34,729 bases of DNA from positions 1-34,729 of the forward strand of contig JAUWZY010000001.1 of the NCBI GenBank assembly GCA_030615045.1, written 5' to 3'. Below the pieces are notes generated by a model. It saw nothing but the letters and a program-made list of their open reading frames with translations, did not search any database and was not told the origin of the DNA. How positions within the stretch are numbered: position 1 is the first letter of the stretch; each line of letters begins with the position of its first letter. Positions 14,483 to 24,068 of the stretch are shown here, piece by piece. This stretch comes from Chloroflexota bacterium. GTDB taxonomy: Bacteria; Chloroflexota; Dehalococcoidia; SZUA-161; JAUWZY01. The translations under genes and the position numbers were made by a program.

Positions 14483-16756
14483 CTACTGGCTCAAAAGCCC
14501 CTCAAGTATCATCTGGGCTGCTTTTTTGTCCAGGGGCTCGTTGTTGTTGCCGCACTTAGGCGACTGAATGCAGCTGGGGCAGCCCTCCTCACAGGGGCAT
14601 TCCAAGAGCACTCTCAGCGTCTCCTGCCAAAGCCTGCCGATAAGCTCGAAGCCTTTCTCCACGATGCCGACTCCTCCCGGATAGGCATCATAGATGAAAA
14701 CCTCGGCTTTCCCGGTATCGGGGTGCAATGGGGTGGAAACGCCGCCAATATCGTTTCTATCGCAGAGGGCAAATAGCGGCAGCATGGCAATCGTGGCATG
14801 CTCTACGGCATGGAGCCCGCCAGCAAGGTCCAGCCCAGCCTGTGCCAGCTGAGTCTCAACCGGAGGCGGGATATTGAACCAGAGCGCCACCGTATTGAAG
14901 GATTGCGCGGGCAGGTCCAGGGGCTCCTCTGCGATAACCTCCTCGGTGAACACCCGCTTCTTCCTGAAGCCAATTACCCTGTTGGTCACTTCCACCTCTC
15001 CCAGATGAACCCGGCCTTGGCCAAAGGCCTTCTCTTGGCTTACCTTTAGCATCCTGAGGTCGGTGACGTCCTTGGCTTGGGTATAGTAGGTGGCGTCCGT
15101 GGGCCGGCAATAGGCGGTGTGAGCTATAAGGTCTAACTCGGTGACCAGATAGGACTCACCTTGATGGATATAGATAGCGCCGGGGTGAATTTGAGACAAA
15201 GCAACTGCCGATCCCACCGTCTCCAAGAGACAACCTGTGCTGACATCAACCAAGCCATAGCTCTCAGCTGAGGTGGTGCGAATATTTATATCCTGTGCCG
15301 GATAGATAACGCTTGGCGCTGGATACCACCGAGGGTTACGATGGCGCAAAAAGCCCTCTCCTTCCAGTTCCGCCATTGCCTGCTCCAGGTCGCCGGCAAA
15401 GAATTCCTGGTCGCCGTCGGTCAACGGCAGCTCCCAGGAGGCGCAGAGGAGATGGGGCTTGAGGATATATTGATTTCTGGGGTCGATCAAAGCATGCTCA
15501 TAGCTCTTGGCGAAGAAGACCTCGGGGTGGCGCATAAAATATTGGTCTAAGGGGCTATCCAAACCAATGAGAAAGCTCAACGAGTCCTCCCTCCCCCGGC
15601 CACTCCTCCCCGCCTGCTGCCAGGTGCTGGCGATGCTCCCCGGATATCCAGAGAGCACGGTGGCATCGAGGTCGCCAATATCAATCCCCAGCTCCAAGGC
15701 GGTGGTGGCCACCGCAGCCAAAAGCCGACCCTCAAAGAGCTCGCGCTCGATCTGGCGCCGTTCCTCGGGGAGATAGCCAGCACGATAGGGCTTTACCCGC
15801 TCCCCAAGATCTGGACTCTCGGCGAGTTGCTCCCGCATATAGAGATAGATGAGCTCGGTGAGGCGTCGCGTCCTGGCGAAAGCCAGGCTCCTGATCCCAT
15901 TACGCATCAACTCGGTTAATAGCAGGGTGGTTTCGCTGTTGGCGCTGCGCCGAACGGACTTGGCTTCATCGATAAGCGGCGGATTCCAAAAGACAAAGTC
16001 CTTCCCGCCGTGGGGGGAACCGTCCTCGGTGATGGGCTGAAACGGGACGCCGCATAGCCTCTCGGCATGCTCTTTGGGATTGGCGATAGTGGCCGAGCAG
16101 CAAATGAATCGGGGCTGGCTGCCATAGTGCGCGCAAAGGCGCTTCAGGCGGCGCAGCACATTGGCGACATGAGAGCCGAAAACGCCACGATACACATGGG
16201 CCTCGTCAATGACTACGTACTTCAGCTGAGTTAGCAGTCGCCACCAAGAGCGATGATTGGGCAGGATGCCGAGATGAACCATGTCTGGATTTGAGAGCAC
16301 GATGTTTGCTGACCTCTTTATCTCGGAGCGCTGCCAGCTTGGCGTATCGCCATCGAAGGTGGCATGCTTTACCCCGAGCCCAGAGGTCAGCTCTTTTAGG
16401 CTTCGCAGTTGGTCTTGAGCTAAAGCTTTGGTTGGGAACAGATAGAGGGCTCGGCTCCCCTTATCCGTCAGCATGGCATTCAGCACCACCAGGTTGTAGC
16501 AAAGCGTTTTGCCACTGGCGGCAGGGGTAGCAATGACGACATTCTCCCCAGAGCGAGCAGCATTTATGGCCGCCGCTTGATGGCGATAAAGGGGGAGCAG
16601 ATGGAACCTGTCAAGGATAGACTCAAGTGCCGGGTGAAGCGGCTGGGCTAACTGGCCATAGCTGGCTTCGCTTGAGGTTAAATGCTCATGATGGACGATT
16701 TGGTCTCGATAGGAGGGAAGGCTTCTCAGGTGATCGAGGAAAGCTGAGGTGTTCAT
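14483..16756 (-). CDS. DEAD/DEAH-box helicase with C-terminal DUF1998 zinc module (MrfA/YprA-like)
   Basis: Motif I is ATPAASGKTLCY, motif II VVIDEAHVYRG, motif III CCSAT and motif VI QQAGRSGRG. The C-terminal four-Cys module is CPCEEGCPSCIQSPKCGNNNEPLDK. Confidence 0.9.
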   Translation of the reverse strand: MNTSAFLDHLRSLPSYRDQIVHHEHLTSSEASYGQLAQPLHPALESILDRFHLLPLYRHQAAAINAARSGENVVIATPAASGKTLCYNLVVLNAMLTDKGSRALYLFPTKALAQDQLRSLKELTSGLGVKHATFDGDTPSWQRSEIKRSANIVLSNPDMVHLGILPNHRSWWRLLTQLKYVVIDEAHVYRGVFGSHVANVLRRLKRLCAHYGSQPRFICCSATIANPKEHAERLCGVPFQPITEDGSPHGGKDFVFWNPPLIDEAKSVRRSANSETTLLLTELMRNGIRSLAFARTRRLTELIYLYMREQLAESPDLGERVKPYRAGYLPEERRQIERELFEGRLLAAVATTALELGIDIGDLDATVLSGYPGSIASTWQQAGRSGRGREDSLSFLIGLDSPLDQYFMRHPEVFFAKSYEHALIDPRNQYILKPHLLCASWELPLTDGDQEFFAGDLEQAMAELEGEGFLRHRNPRWYPAPSVIYPAQDINIRTTSAESYGLVDVSTGCLLETVGSAVALSQIHPGAIYIHQGESYLVTELDLIAHTAYCRPTDATYYTQAKDVTDLRMLKVSQEKAFGQGRVHLGEVEVTNRVIGFRKKRVFTEEVIAEEPLDLPAQSFNTVALWFNIPPPVETQLAQAGLDLAGGLHAVEHATIAMLPLFALCDRNDIGGVSTPLHPDTGKAEVFIYDAYPGGVGIVEKGFELIGRLWQETLRVLLECPCEEGCPSCIQSPKCGNNNEPLDKKAAQMILEGLLSQ

Positions 16757-17046
16757 AAGGCATTCAGGAATTCGACCTCATAGTCTAAGATCTCGGCGTC
16801 GCCTCGGATGCTGCTGATAAACTCCGCCACCTTGGAGAGGATCTGGTCGGCGTGGCGCCTGTCAGTGCTTAGACAAACAATACCCAAGGTAGCCAACTGC
16901 CAGAGGTCTTGATCCTCAACCTCGGCGATGGAGACATTAAATCTGTTCCCGACCTGGGTGGTGATAGATTTCAGCACCCTTCGCTTGCCCTTCAGGGAAT
17001 CATTCTCGGGTAAACGAAGCCTTACCTTTAGGACACCGATACTCAT
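16753..17046 (-). CDS. DUF503 (YlxP-like) protein
   Basis: GVLKVRLRLPENDSLKGKRRVLKSITTQVGNRFNVSIAEVEDQDLWQLATLGIVCLSTDRRHADQILSKV matches the DUF503 pattern as I recall it. Its stop overlaps the helicase start (ATGA at 16753-16756). Confidence 0.8.
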   Translation of the reverse strand: MSIGVLKVRLRLPENDSLKGKRRVLKSITTQVGNRFNVSIAEVEDQDLWQLATLGIVCLSTDRRHADQILSKVAEFISSIRGDAEILDYEVEFLNAL

Positions 17047-17085
17047 CTGACCCCAAAAGGGCTCAAGGTGCTAACCGGCAGAACG

Positions 17086-17382
17086 CTATTCGCCCTCAGT
17101 TCTCATCTTGGCGAAGCAATCGCTGCAATAAACCGGCCGGTCCCCTCTGGGTTGAAATGGGACCTCGCACTCCTTGCCGCAGTTAGCGCAGACCGCGGGA
17201 TACATCTCGCGGCGCGATCCTGAGTAGCTAAAGCGAGATTGCCTCCTGGTAGCACGACAGTTTGGGCAGCGGCTGGGCTCATTCCTCAGCCCGCGCGATT
17301 GGTAGAATTCCTGCTCACCGGCGGTGAACTCGAACTCCGCTCCGCAGTCACGGCAGATCAAGGTCTTGTCCGCAAATGCCAT
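17086..17382 (-). CDS. double zinc-ribbon protein (zf-trcl-like + CxxC-x17-CxxC)
   Basis: The sequence is CRDCGAEFEFTAGEQEFYQSRGLRNEPSRCPNCR followed by CANCGKECEVPFQPRGDRPVYCSDCF. ATG 17382 lies 7 nt after AAGGAGG. The track ORF start at 17424 is a GTG extension. Confidence 0.75.
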   Translation of the reverse strand: MAFADKTLICRDCGAEFEFTAGEQEFYQSRGLRNEPSRCPNCRATRRQSRFSYSGSRREMYPAVCANCGKECEVPFQPRGDRPVYCSDCFAKMRTEGE

Positions 17383-17563
17383 TGCCGATCCTCCTTCTGA
17401 TCCGTTTGGCCACCTCTTCTTCACTGCTGCTTGCGGCTCAAGACCTTGGTTGAGGCCTCTGGCGCCAGGAGGGAAGCTGGAAAGGATTTCCCAAGCAAAC
17501 CACCTTGTTCAAGGCGCGAACTACTAAAGACAGCACTGAATTGGGTAGCGCATTAATACTATA

Positions 17564-17592
17564 GTATACAGCACCAGCAACAAAAGCGCAAC
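17564..17592 (-). promoter_or_regulatory. weak candidate promoter for the zinc-ribbon/DUF503/helicase genes
   Basis: The minus sense reads TTGCGC (17592-17587), a 17-nt spacer, then TATACT (17569-17564). This would leave a leader of about 175 nt. Confidence 0.35.
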
Positions 17593-17616
17593 AATAACTT
17601 ATTCTCGATCTCTTTT

Positions 17617-20256
17617 CTATGTTAGCTCTGCCAGTCGCTGTTGCAATCTGCTGAGCTTATCCCAATGTTTACTTAACTTCTCTTGTTCCCTGGCGATGAC
17701 ATGGGCTGGGGCCTTAGTCAGGAACTCGCCCTGGCCCAGCTTCCTCTCAAGGCGGGCGATCTCAGCGTGACTCTCCTCGATTTCCCTGGCCAAGCGTTCC
17801 CTTTCCGCTTCGATGTCGATCATCCCGGCCAGGGGCAGGAAGACCTCAGCCCGTTTAAGTACCAATATCTTGGCTTTATCCGGTCTCGGCCTTTCTTCAT
17901 CGGCTCCGAAAATGGTCAACGGCCGCGCCCGGGCCAGGGTGCCGATGGCCGGAGCTAACGCTTCCACAGCAGGCTTATTATCGGCGATGATGATAGCCTC
18001 GATGAATCTCGAGGGCTCGACCTTGGCCTCAACCCGGGCGTTTCTGATACTGCGTATCAGCTCCTGAACCAGCTCCATTTCCTCCTCAGCCTCAGGGTCA
18101 AAGGCCGTTTCATCGACACTGGGATAGGGAGCGATGGTGATCGATTCCACGCTCTGGGGCAGATACCGGGCCAGCCTTTGCCAGAGCTCCTCGGTGATAA
18201 AGGGCATGAAGGGATGGAGAAGGCGCAAAGATGTCTCCAGCACATGAACCAAGACGGGGACCGGCGATAACCCCTCTCGACTGAGGCGGACCTTTGCCAG
18301 CTCGATATACCAATCACAATACTCGCTCCAAATAAAATCGTGGATCTGGCTCAAGGCCTCGCCAAGCATGAAGTTCTGCAGAAGTCGGCTTACATTGGCG
18401 ATGAGCCGGTTGAGTCGGCTCAGGATCCAGCGGTCTTCAGCGGGCAGGGGATATGGTGGCGCTTTCGCCCCCCCATCCAAGTTGCTGATGACGAATTGGG
18501 CAGTGTTCCAAAGCTTATTGGCGAAGTTACGACCGCCTTCCAGCTTTTGCGGCATCAGCCTGATATCATTCCCCGGGGCATTTCCGGCAGTTAGGGCGAA
18601 GCGCAGGGCATCAGTGCCATAAACATTCATCACATCCGCGGGGTCAATCACGTTCCCCCGGGTCTTGCTCATCTTCTCCCCCTTCTCATCCCGAATGAGC
18701 CCGTGGAGATAGACCTTGTGGAACGGGACCTCTCCGGTGTTCTCCAATCCCATCATGACCATCCTGGCCACCCAGAAGAACAGGATGTCATATCCTGTTT
18801 CCATCACCGACGTGGGGTAAAAGTATGCCAGGTCCTCTGTTTGCTCCGGCCAGCCCAGGGTGGAGTGAGGCCAAAGCGCTGAGCTGAACCAGGTATCGAG
18901 GACATCGGGGTCTTGAACGATATCTGTTGAGCCACAGTGAGCACAGCTCTCCGGATCGTCCACAGCGACGGTGAGCCCGCCGCAGTGCTGGCAATGCCAC
19001 GCTGGGATGCGATGCCCCCACCAGAGCTGGCGGCTAATGCACCAATCGCGGATGTTTTCCAGCCAGTTAAGGTAAACCTTGGTGAAGCGCTCGGGCACGA
19101 TCTCGACGCTGCCATCTAAAACAGCCTTTATCGCCCTCTCGGCGAGCGGCGCCACCTCGACAAACCACTGCTTAGAGACCAAGGGCTCGACCACAGTGCG
19201 GCACCGATGGCAATGGCCCACAGCATGAGCATAGGGCTCGATCTTCTCTAAAAGCCCCTCTTTATTCAGGTCGGCAAGCAAAGCCTCACGGCAGGCGAAG
19301 CGATCCAGCCCGGCATAGGGACCGGCATTCTGATTCATAGTGGCATCCAAATTCATTATGTTGATCAAAGGCAAGCCCTGCCTCTGTGCGATCTCGAAGT
19401 CCACCGGGTCATGCCCTGGGGTGATCTTCACCACCCCGGTGCCGAACGCGGGATCGACTAGCCCATCGCTGATCACGGGAATGGCACGCCCCAGAATGGG
19501 AAGGAGCACCTTTCTCCCGAGCAAAACCTGAAATCGCTCATCATCGGGGTTGACCGCAACTGCGGTATCGCCGAGGAGGGTTTCAGGACGAGTGGTAGCT
19601 ACGGTGACGACCCCATCCCCTGTTTGCAGTGGGTAATGGATATAGTAAAGATGGCCTCGAATCTCCGCGTGCTCAACCTCAAGGTCAGAAAGGGCGGTGG
19701 CGCAGCGGGGGCACCAATTAATGAGCCGCTCGCTGCGATAGATCAAGCCTCTTTGGTATAACTTGACAAAGGTGACGCGCACAGCGCGACTGGGCCCGGG
19801 ATCCAAAGTGAAACGCTCCCGAGACCAGTCGCAGGAGGCACCAAGCTTTCGGTGCTGCTGGGCAATGATGTCGCGATATTTACCGGTCCACTGCCACATC
19901 TGCTCCAAGAACCTCTCCCGCCCCAGGTCATGGCGGGAGAGCCCCCGGGCAGCCAAAGCTTGCTCCACCGTGTTCTGCGCTGCGATTCCGGCGTGGTCGA
20001 CCCCAGGGAGCCACAAAGCGGCCTCGCCCTCCATTCGGTGCCAGCGAATCAAGATATCCTCCAAGGTTGCGGTAAGAGCATGCCCGAGATGAAGCTCGCC
20101 GGTGATATTGGGCGGCGGCATAATGATGACGAAGGGCTTCTTATCGGGGTCGATCTCGGGGGTGAAGTAACTCCGTTCCAGCCAGAATCGATACCACTTG
20201 TCCTCTACTTGCTTTGGGTCATAAGCTTTGGGGATTTCACCCAGCTTTGGCCCCAT
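17617..20256 (-). CDS. valS: valine--tRNA ligase
   Basis: It has the class I HIGH motif (PPPNITGELHLGHAL), KMSKS (KMSKTRGN), an editing-domain block and a C-terminal coiled coil, at 879 aa. Confidence 0.97.
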   Translation of the reverse strand: MGPKLGEIPKAYDPKQVEDKWYRFWLERSYFTPEIDPDKKPFVIIMPPPNITGELHLGHALTATLEDILIRWHRMEGEAALWLPGVDHAGIAAQNTVEQALAARGLSRHDLGRERFLEQMWQWTGKYRDIIAQQHRKLGASCDWSRERFTLDPGPSRAVRVTFVKLYQRGLIYRSERLINWCPRCATALSDLEVEHAEIRGHLYYIHYPLQTGDGVVTVATTRPETLLGDTAVAVNPDDERFQVLLGRKVLLPILGRAIPVISDGLVDPAFGTGVVKITPGHDPVDFEIAQRQGLPLINIMNLDATMNQNAGPYAGLDRFACREALLADLNKEGLLEKIEPYAHAVGHCHRCRTVVEPLVSKQWFVEVAPLAERAIKAVLDGSVEIVPERFTKVYLNWLENIRDWCISRQLWWGHRIPAWHCQHCGGLTVAVDDPESCAHCGSTDIVQDPDVLDTWFSSALWPHSTLGWPEQTEDLAYFYPTSVMETGYDILFFWVARMVMMGLENTGEVPFHKVYLHGLIRDEKGEKMSKTRGNVIDPADVMNVYGTDALRFALTAGNAPGNDIRLMPQKLEGGRNFANKLWNTAQFVISNLDGGAKAPPYPLPAEDRWILSRLNRLIANVSRLLQNFMLGEALSQIHDFIWSEYCDWYIELAKVRLSREGLSPVPVLVHVLETSLRLLHPFMPFITEELWQRLARYLPQSVESITIAPYPSVDETAFDPEAEEEMELVQELIRSIRNARVEAKVEPSRFIEAIIIADNKPAVEALAPAIGTLARARPLTIFGADEERPRPDKAKILVLKRAEVFLPLAGMIDIEAERERLAREIEESHAEIARLERKLGQGEFLTKAPAHVIAREQEKLSKHWDKLSRLQQRLAELT

Positions 20257-20303
20257 GGCTATCCCTTCCGTGGATATGAGAGAGGGTCGGCTGTGAAGCT
20301 GGC

Positions 20304-23300
20304 TCAGTCCTCAACAGGCTTTGCTGGCTCGAGAGCAGGGGGCTCTTCCTCAGCGGCAAGATGGCAGCGGGCAGGGATCAGCTTGCCGATGATAACATTC
20401 TCCTTAAGCCCAAATAGCTTATCGACGCTTCCGGTCACCGCAGCTTCAGTGAGCACCCTGGTTGTCTCTTGGAACGAGGCTGCTGCCAGAAAACTATCAG
20501 TGTTCAGCGAGGCTCTGGTTATGCCCAAAAGGGCGGGATGAGCTGTCGCTGGCTCGCCTCCCTCAACCAACACCTTGGCATTGAGATCCTCATAATCGAA
20601 ACTATCGATCAGCTCCCCGGGCAGGAGTTCAGTATCGCCTGTAGAATCGATGCGCACCTTACACAGCATCTGGTGGACGATGGTCTCGATATGCTTGTCG
20701 TGGATGTTAACCCCCTGGGAGCGATAGACCTTTTGCACCTCGTCCACTAAGTATCGCTGCACCGCCTCCCGACCCATGATGCGCAGGATCTCCTGTGGAT
20801 TAAGCGGGCCCTCGCTGAGTTGCTCCCCCGCTTTGACCTCAGTCCCATTCTCCACCAGGAGGGCTGCCATGGGGGATGCCAGGTATTCCCGCTCTTCCTT
20901 CTCTTCATACAAGATCGAAACCTGGCTATCCTTAATCTCCACCTTACCTCCGATCCTGGCCAGGATAGGAGGCGAACTGGCTGCAGTTGGCTCAGCCAGA
21001 ATAGCAGTGGCATCGACCCATTGCTCATCGCCAACTACTATTTGATACCCCTGGGGTAAGGGATAATCATCGCGGTAGACCCCGGAGCTTACGATCTTAA
21101 TCCTCTTCCCCTCCCTTGTTTCCGTTACCTCCACCACCCCATCGATCTCAGAGACGATGCCCTGCCCCTTGGGGATCCGGGCTTCAAAGAGCTCCTCAAC
21201 CCAAGGCAGCCCACTGGTGATATCCACCCCAGCCACGCCACCGGTATGGAAGGTGCGTATGGTCAGCTGAGTCCCGGGCTCACCAATGCTCTGGGCAGCG
21301 ATGACATCCACTGCCTCCCCTACAGCGATCAATTGCCTTCGTGCCAGGTCTCGACCATAGCATAGACGACACACGCCGCGCCGCGACTGACAGCTTAATG
21401 GAGACCTTACATAAACATCAGTGATGCCAGCGTGGGCGATCTGCTGCGCTTTATCTTCGTCGATCTCCTCGTTTCGATTCACGATTACCTTGCCACTTTG
21501 AGGGTCAACTACTGGGCTCGCCGCAAGCCGACCTACTATACGCTCAGGGAGGGAAAGCAACAGGCTTTTATCCCTTGGTTCTGAGACCCAGATGCCGCCC
21601 ATGGTGCCACAGTCCTCCTCCCGGATGATGACCTCCTGAGTCACATCGACGAGACGCCTGGTGAGGTAGCCGCTATCCGATGTCCTCAGGGCGGTATCAG
21701 CCAGCCCTTTCCTGGCGCCATGGGTGGAGATGAAGTACTCCAATACCGAAAGCCCCTCTCTGAAATTGGACCTGATGGGCAGGTCGATGATCCTGCCCGA
21801 GGGGTCGCTCATTAAGCCACGCATCCCGGCCATTTGCCTGATCTGGGCGATGTTTCCTTTAGCATCGGAGTAGGCCATTATGTATACCGGGCCATAAGGG
21901 TCAAGCGACTGCTCGAGGCTGCTGGAAAGCTCCTCAGTGGCCTTGGTCCAAACGGCCACCGTGCTCTGATAGCGCTCGTCATCAGTGATCAGACCTCGCT
22001 GGAATTGCTTCCCCACCTCGGCTAATCTCTCCTCGGCCTGTTCCAACAGCCGGGCCTTACTATGGGGCACCTCCAGGTCGCAAAGCGCCATGGTAATACC
22101 TGACTTGGTGGCATAGTGGTAGCCCAGGCTCTTGATTTCATCCAGTACCGAAGCTGTGACTTCGCTGCCGAAACGGGAATGACACTCAGCGACAATCTGT
22201 TTCAATATCTTCTTATCCATTAGCTGGTTGCGGAAGCCGAGCTCCTTGGGCAGAACCTCGTTGAAGATAATGCGGCCAACGCTGGTCTTGAGGTATTTGC
22301 CACTTTCTTCATCCCGGACCTCGATCTCAGCTCCAATCTCGATGAGGCCTAAATAGTAGGCCAACTTGGCATCAGCGAAATCGGAGAATATCCTCCCCTC
22401 GCCCTTGGCTCCCGCTTTGATCACGGTCAGGTAGTAGCAGCCAAGGATGATGTCCAGTGTTGGGGTCACCACGGGCTCGCCCGAGCTGGGCAGGAGCATA
22501 TTTTTGGTGCTGAGCATCACCTGCTTTGCTTCCTCCACAGCTGCCTTGGACAGGGGGAGATGAACCGCCATCTGATCGCCATCGAAGTCAGCATTAAAGG
22601 CAGCGCAGACTAAGGGATGAACCTGAATGGCGGCGCCATCGATGAGCACCGGGTAGAAAGCCTGGAGGCTGAGTCGATGCAATGTTGGCGCTCGGTTGAG
22701 CAGGACGGGGTGATCTTTTACCAGCTCCTCCAGGATATCCCAGACCTCTGGTTTGCCCCGCTCCACAATTCTCTTGGCGCTCCTGATGTTATGCGCCAGA
22801 CCCCGAGCCACCAGACGGCGCATGATGAAAGGTTTGAACAGCTCCAGAGCCATGCGCTTAGGCAGCCCACATTGATGCAGCTTGAGCTCGGGGCCGACCA
22901 CGATCACGGAACGGCCGCTATAGTCCACCCTCTTGCCCAGGAGGTTCTGCCGAAAGCGGCCTTGTTTCCCTCTGAGCATATCGGAAAGCGACTTTAGCTT
23001 GTGACCGCTGCTGGTGGCTATGGGGCGACCGCGTCGCTCGTTATCAATGAGGGAGTCGACGGCTTCTTGAAGCATGCGCTTCTCGTTGCGAATGATGACC
23101 TCCGGGGCTCCCAGCTCCAGGAGCCGACGCAGGCGATTATTGCGATTGATCACCCGCCGATAGAGGTCGTTAAGGTCGCTGGTGGCAAATCGCCCGCCGT
23201 CGAGCTGAACCATGGGACGTAACTCCGGCGGTAACACAGGAAGCACGGTGAGGATCATCCATTCCGGCTTGTTCCCGCTCTTGCGCAGAGCCTCAACGAC

Positions 23301-24068
23301 ACGGAGCCTCTTAATAGCCTTTTTCCTTCGCTGCCCCGAGCTGGAGGCAGCTTCTTGATAAAGCTCTTGGCGCAGTTTCTCCAGATCGAACCCACTGAGG
23401 ATCTCCAGGAGCGCTTCTGCGCCCATCCCCGCGCTGTAGAGATGCCCCCATCTCCCGTGCAGCTCATGGTGATCCTCTATAGAGAGCAGCTTCATGTGGC
23501 CAAGTTCTGTCAGTTCATTAATCCTGGCCTTGAGTTCCTCCTCGAGCTTATGCTTTTGCTCATTGGCAGCGCCGGGCTCCTCAAGCTGAGCCAGCTCGCG
23601 GGCCGCCTCTTCCTTCAGCTGCTGCATCGCCTTTCTGCGCCCCTGTTCATCGACATGGGTAATGATGAACTTGGCGAAGTAGATCACCTGCTCCAAATTC
23701 CGCGGCGAGAGGTCGATGAGCAGCCCTAACCTCGAGGGCATTACTTTGACAAACCAAATATGAGCTACCGGGGCTGCTAATTCGATATGCCCGATGCGCT
23801 CCCGACGCACCTTGGCTCGTGCCACCTCAACGCCACATTTATCGCAGATAATGCCCTTATACTGCGCTTTCTTATACTTGCCACAGGCACATTCGAAGTC
23901 CTTTGTCGGACCGAAGATCCGCTCGCAGAACAGGCCATCCTTCTCCGGCTTCAAAGTGCGATAGTTGATGGTCTCAGGCTTAGTCACCTCACCATAAGAC
24001 CAGCTTCTGATCTGCTCCGGGGATGCCAGTGAGAGCCGAACTGTGCTGAAGTTGTTGAGCTCTAACAT
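20304..24068 (-). CDS. rpoC: DNA-directed RNA polymerase subunit beta'
   Basis: It has the zinc finger CACGKY...CDKCGVE, the catalytic [12 protein letters not shown] motif and trigger-loop and bridge-helix regions. Its ATG directly abuts the rpoB stop (TAAATG). Confidence 0.98.
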   Translation of the reverse strand: MLELNNFSTVRLSLASPEQIRSWSYGEVTKPETINYRTLKPEKDGLFCERIFGPTKDFECACGKYKKAQYKGIICDKCGVEVARAKVRRERIGHIELAAPVAHIWFVKVMPSRLGLLIDLSPRNLEQVIYFAKFIITHVDEQGRRKAMQQLKEEAARELAQLEEPGAANEQKHKLEEELKARINELTELGHMKLLSIEDHHELHGRWGHLYSAGMGAEALLEILSGFDLEKLRQELYQEAASSSGQRRKKAIKRLRVVEALRKSGNKPEWMILTVLPVLPPELRPMVQLDGGRFATSDLNDLYRRVINRNNRLRRLLELGAPEVIIRNEKRMLQEAVDSLIDNERRGRPIATSSGHKLKSLSDMLRGKQGRFRQNLLGKRVDYSGRSVIVVGPELKLHQCGLPKRMALELFKPFIMRRLVARGLAHNIRSAKRIVERGKPEVWDILEELVKDHPVLLNRAPTLHRLSLQAFYPVLIDGAAIQVHPLVCAAFNADFDGDQMAVHLPLSKAAVEEAKQVMLSTKNMLLPSSGEPVVTPTLDIILGCYYLTVIKAGAKGEGRIFSDFADAKLAYYLGLIEIGAEIEVRDEESGKYLKTSVGRIIFNEVLPKELGFRNQLMDKKILKQIVAECHSRFGSEVTASVLDEIKSLGYHYATKSGITMALCDLEVPHSKARLLEQAEERLAEVGKQFQRGLITDDERYQSTVAVWTKATEELSSSLEQSLDPYGPVYIMAYSDAKGNIAQIRQMAGMRGLMSDPSGRIIDLPIRSNFREGLSVLEYFISTHGARKGLADTALRTSDSGYLTRRLVDVTQEVIIREEDCGTMGGIWVSEPRDKSLLLSLPERIVGRLAASPVVDPQSGKVIVNRNEEIDEDKAQQIAHAGITDVYVRSPLSCQSRRGVCRLCYGRDLARRQLIAVGEAVDVIAAQSIGEPGTQLTIRTFHTGGVAGVDITSGLPWVEELFEARIPKGQGIVSEIDGVVEVTETREGKRIKIVSSGVYRDDYPLPQGYQIVVGDEQWVDATAILAEPTAASSPPILARIGGKVEIKDSQVSILYEEKEEREYLASPMAALLVENGTEVKAGEQLSEGPLNPQEILRIMGREAVQRYLVDEVQKVYRSQGVNIHDKHIETIVHQMLCKVRIDSTGDTELLPGELIDSFDYEDLNAKVLVEGGEPATAHPALLGITRASLNTDSFLAAASFQETTRVLTEAAVTGSVDKLFGLKENVIIGKLIPARCHLAAEEEPPALEPAKPVED

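Noticed and set aside
20257-20303. A T-box or other leader upstream of valS.
   Set aside because: Only 47 nt separate the rpoC stop from the valS start. That is too short for a T-box, so valS is probably co-transcribed with rpoBC.
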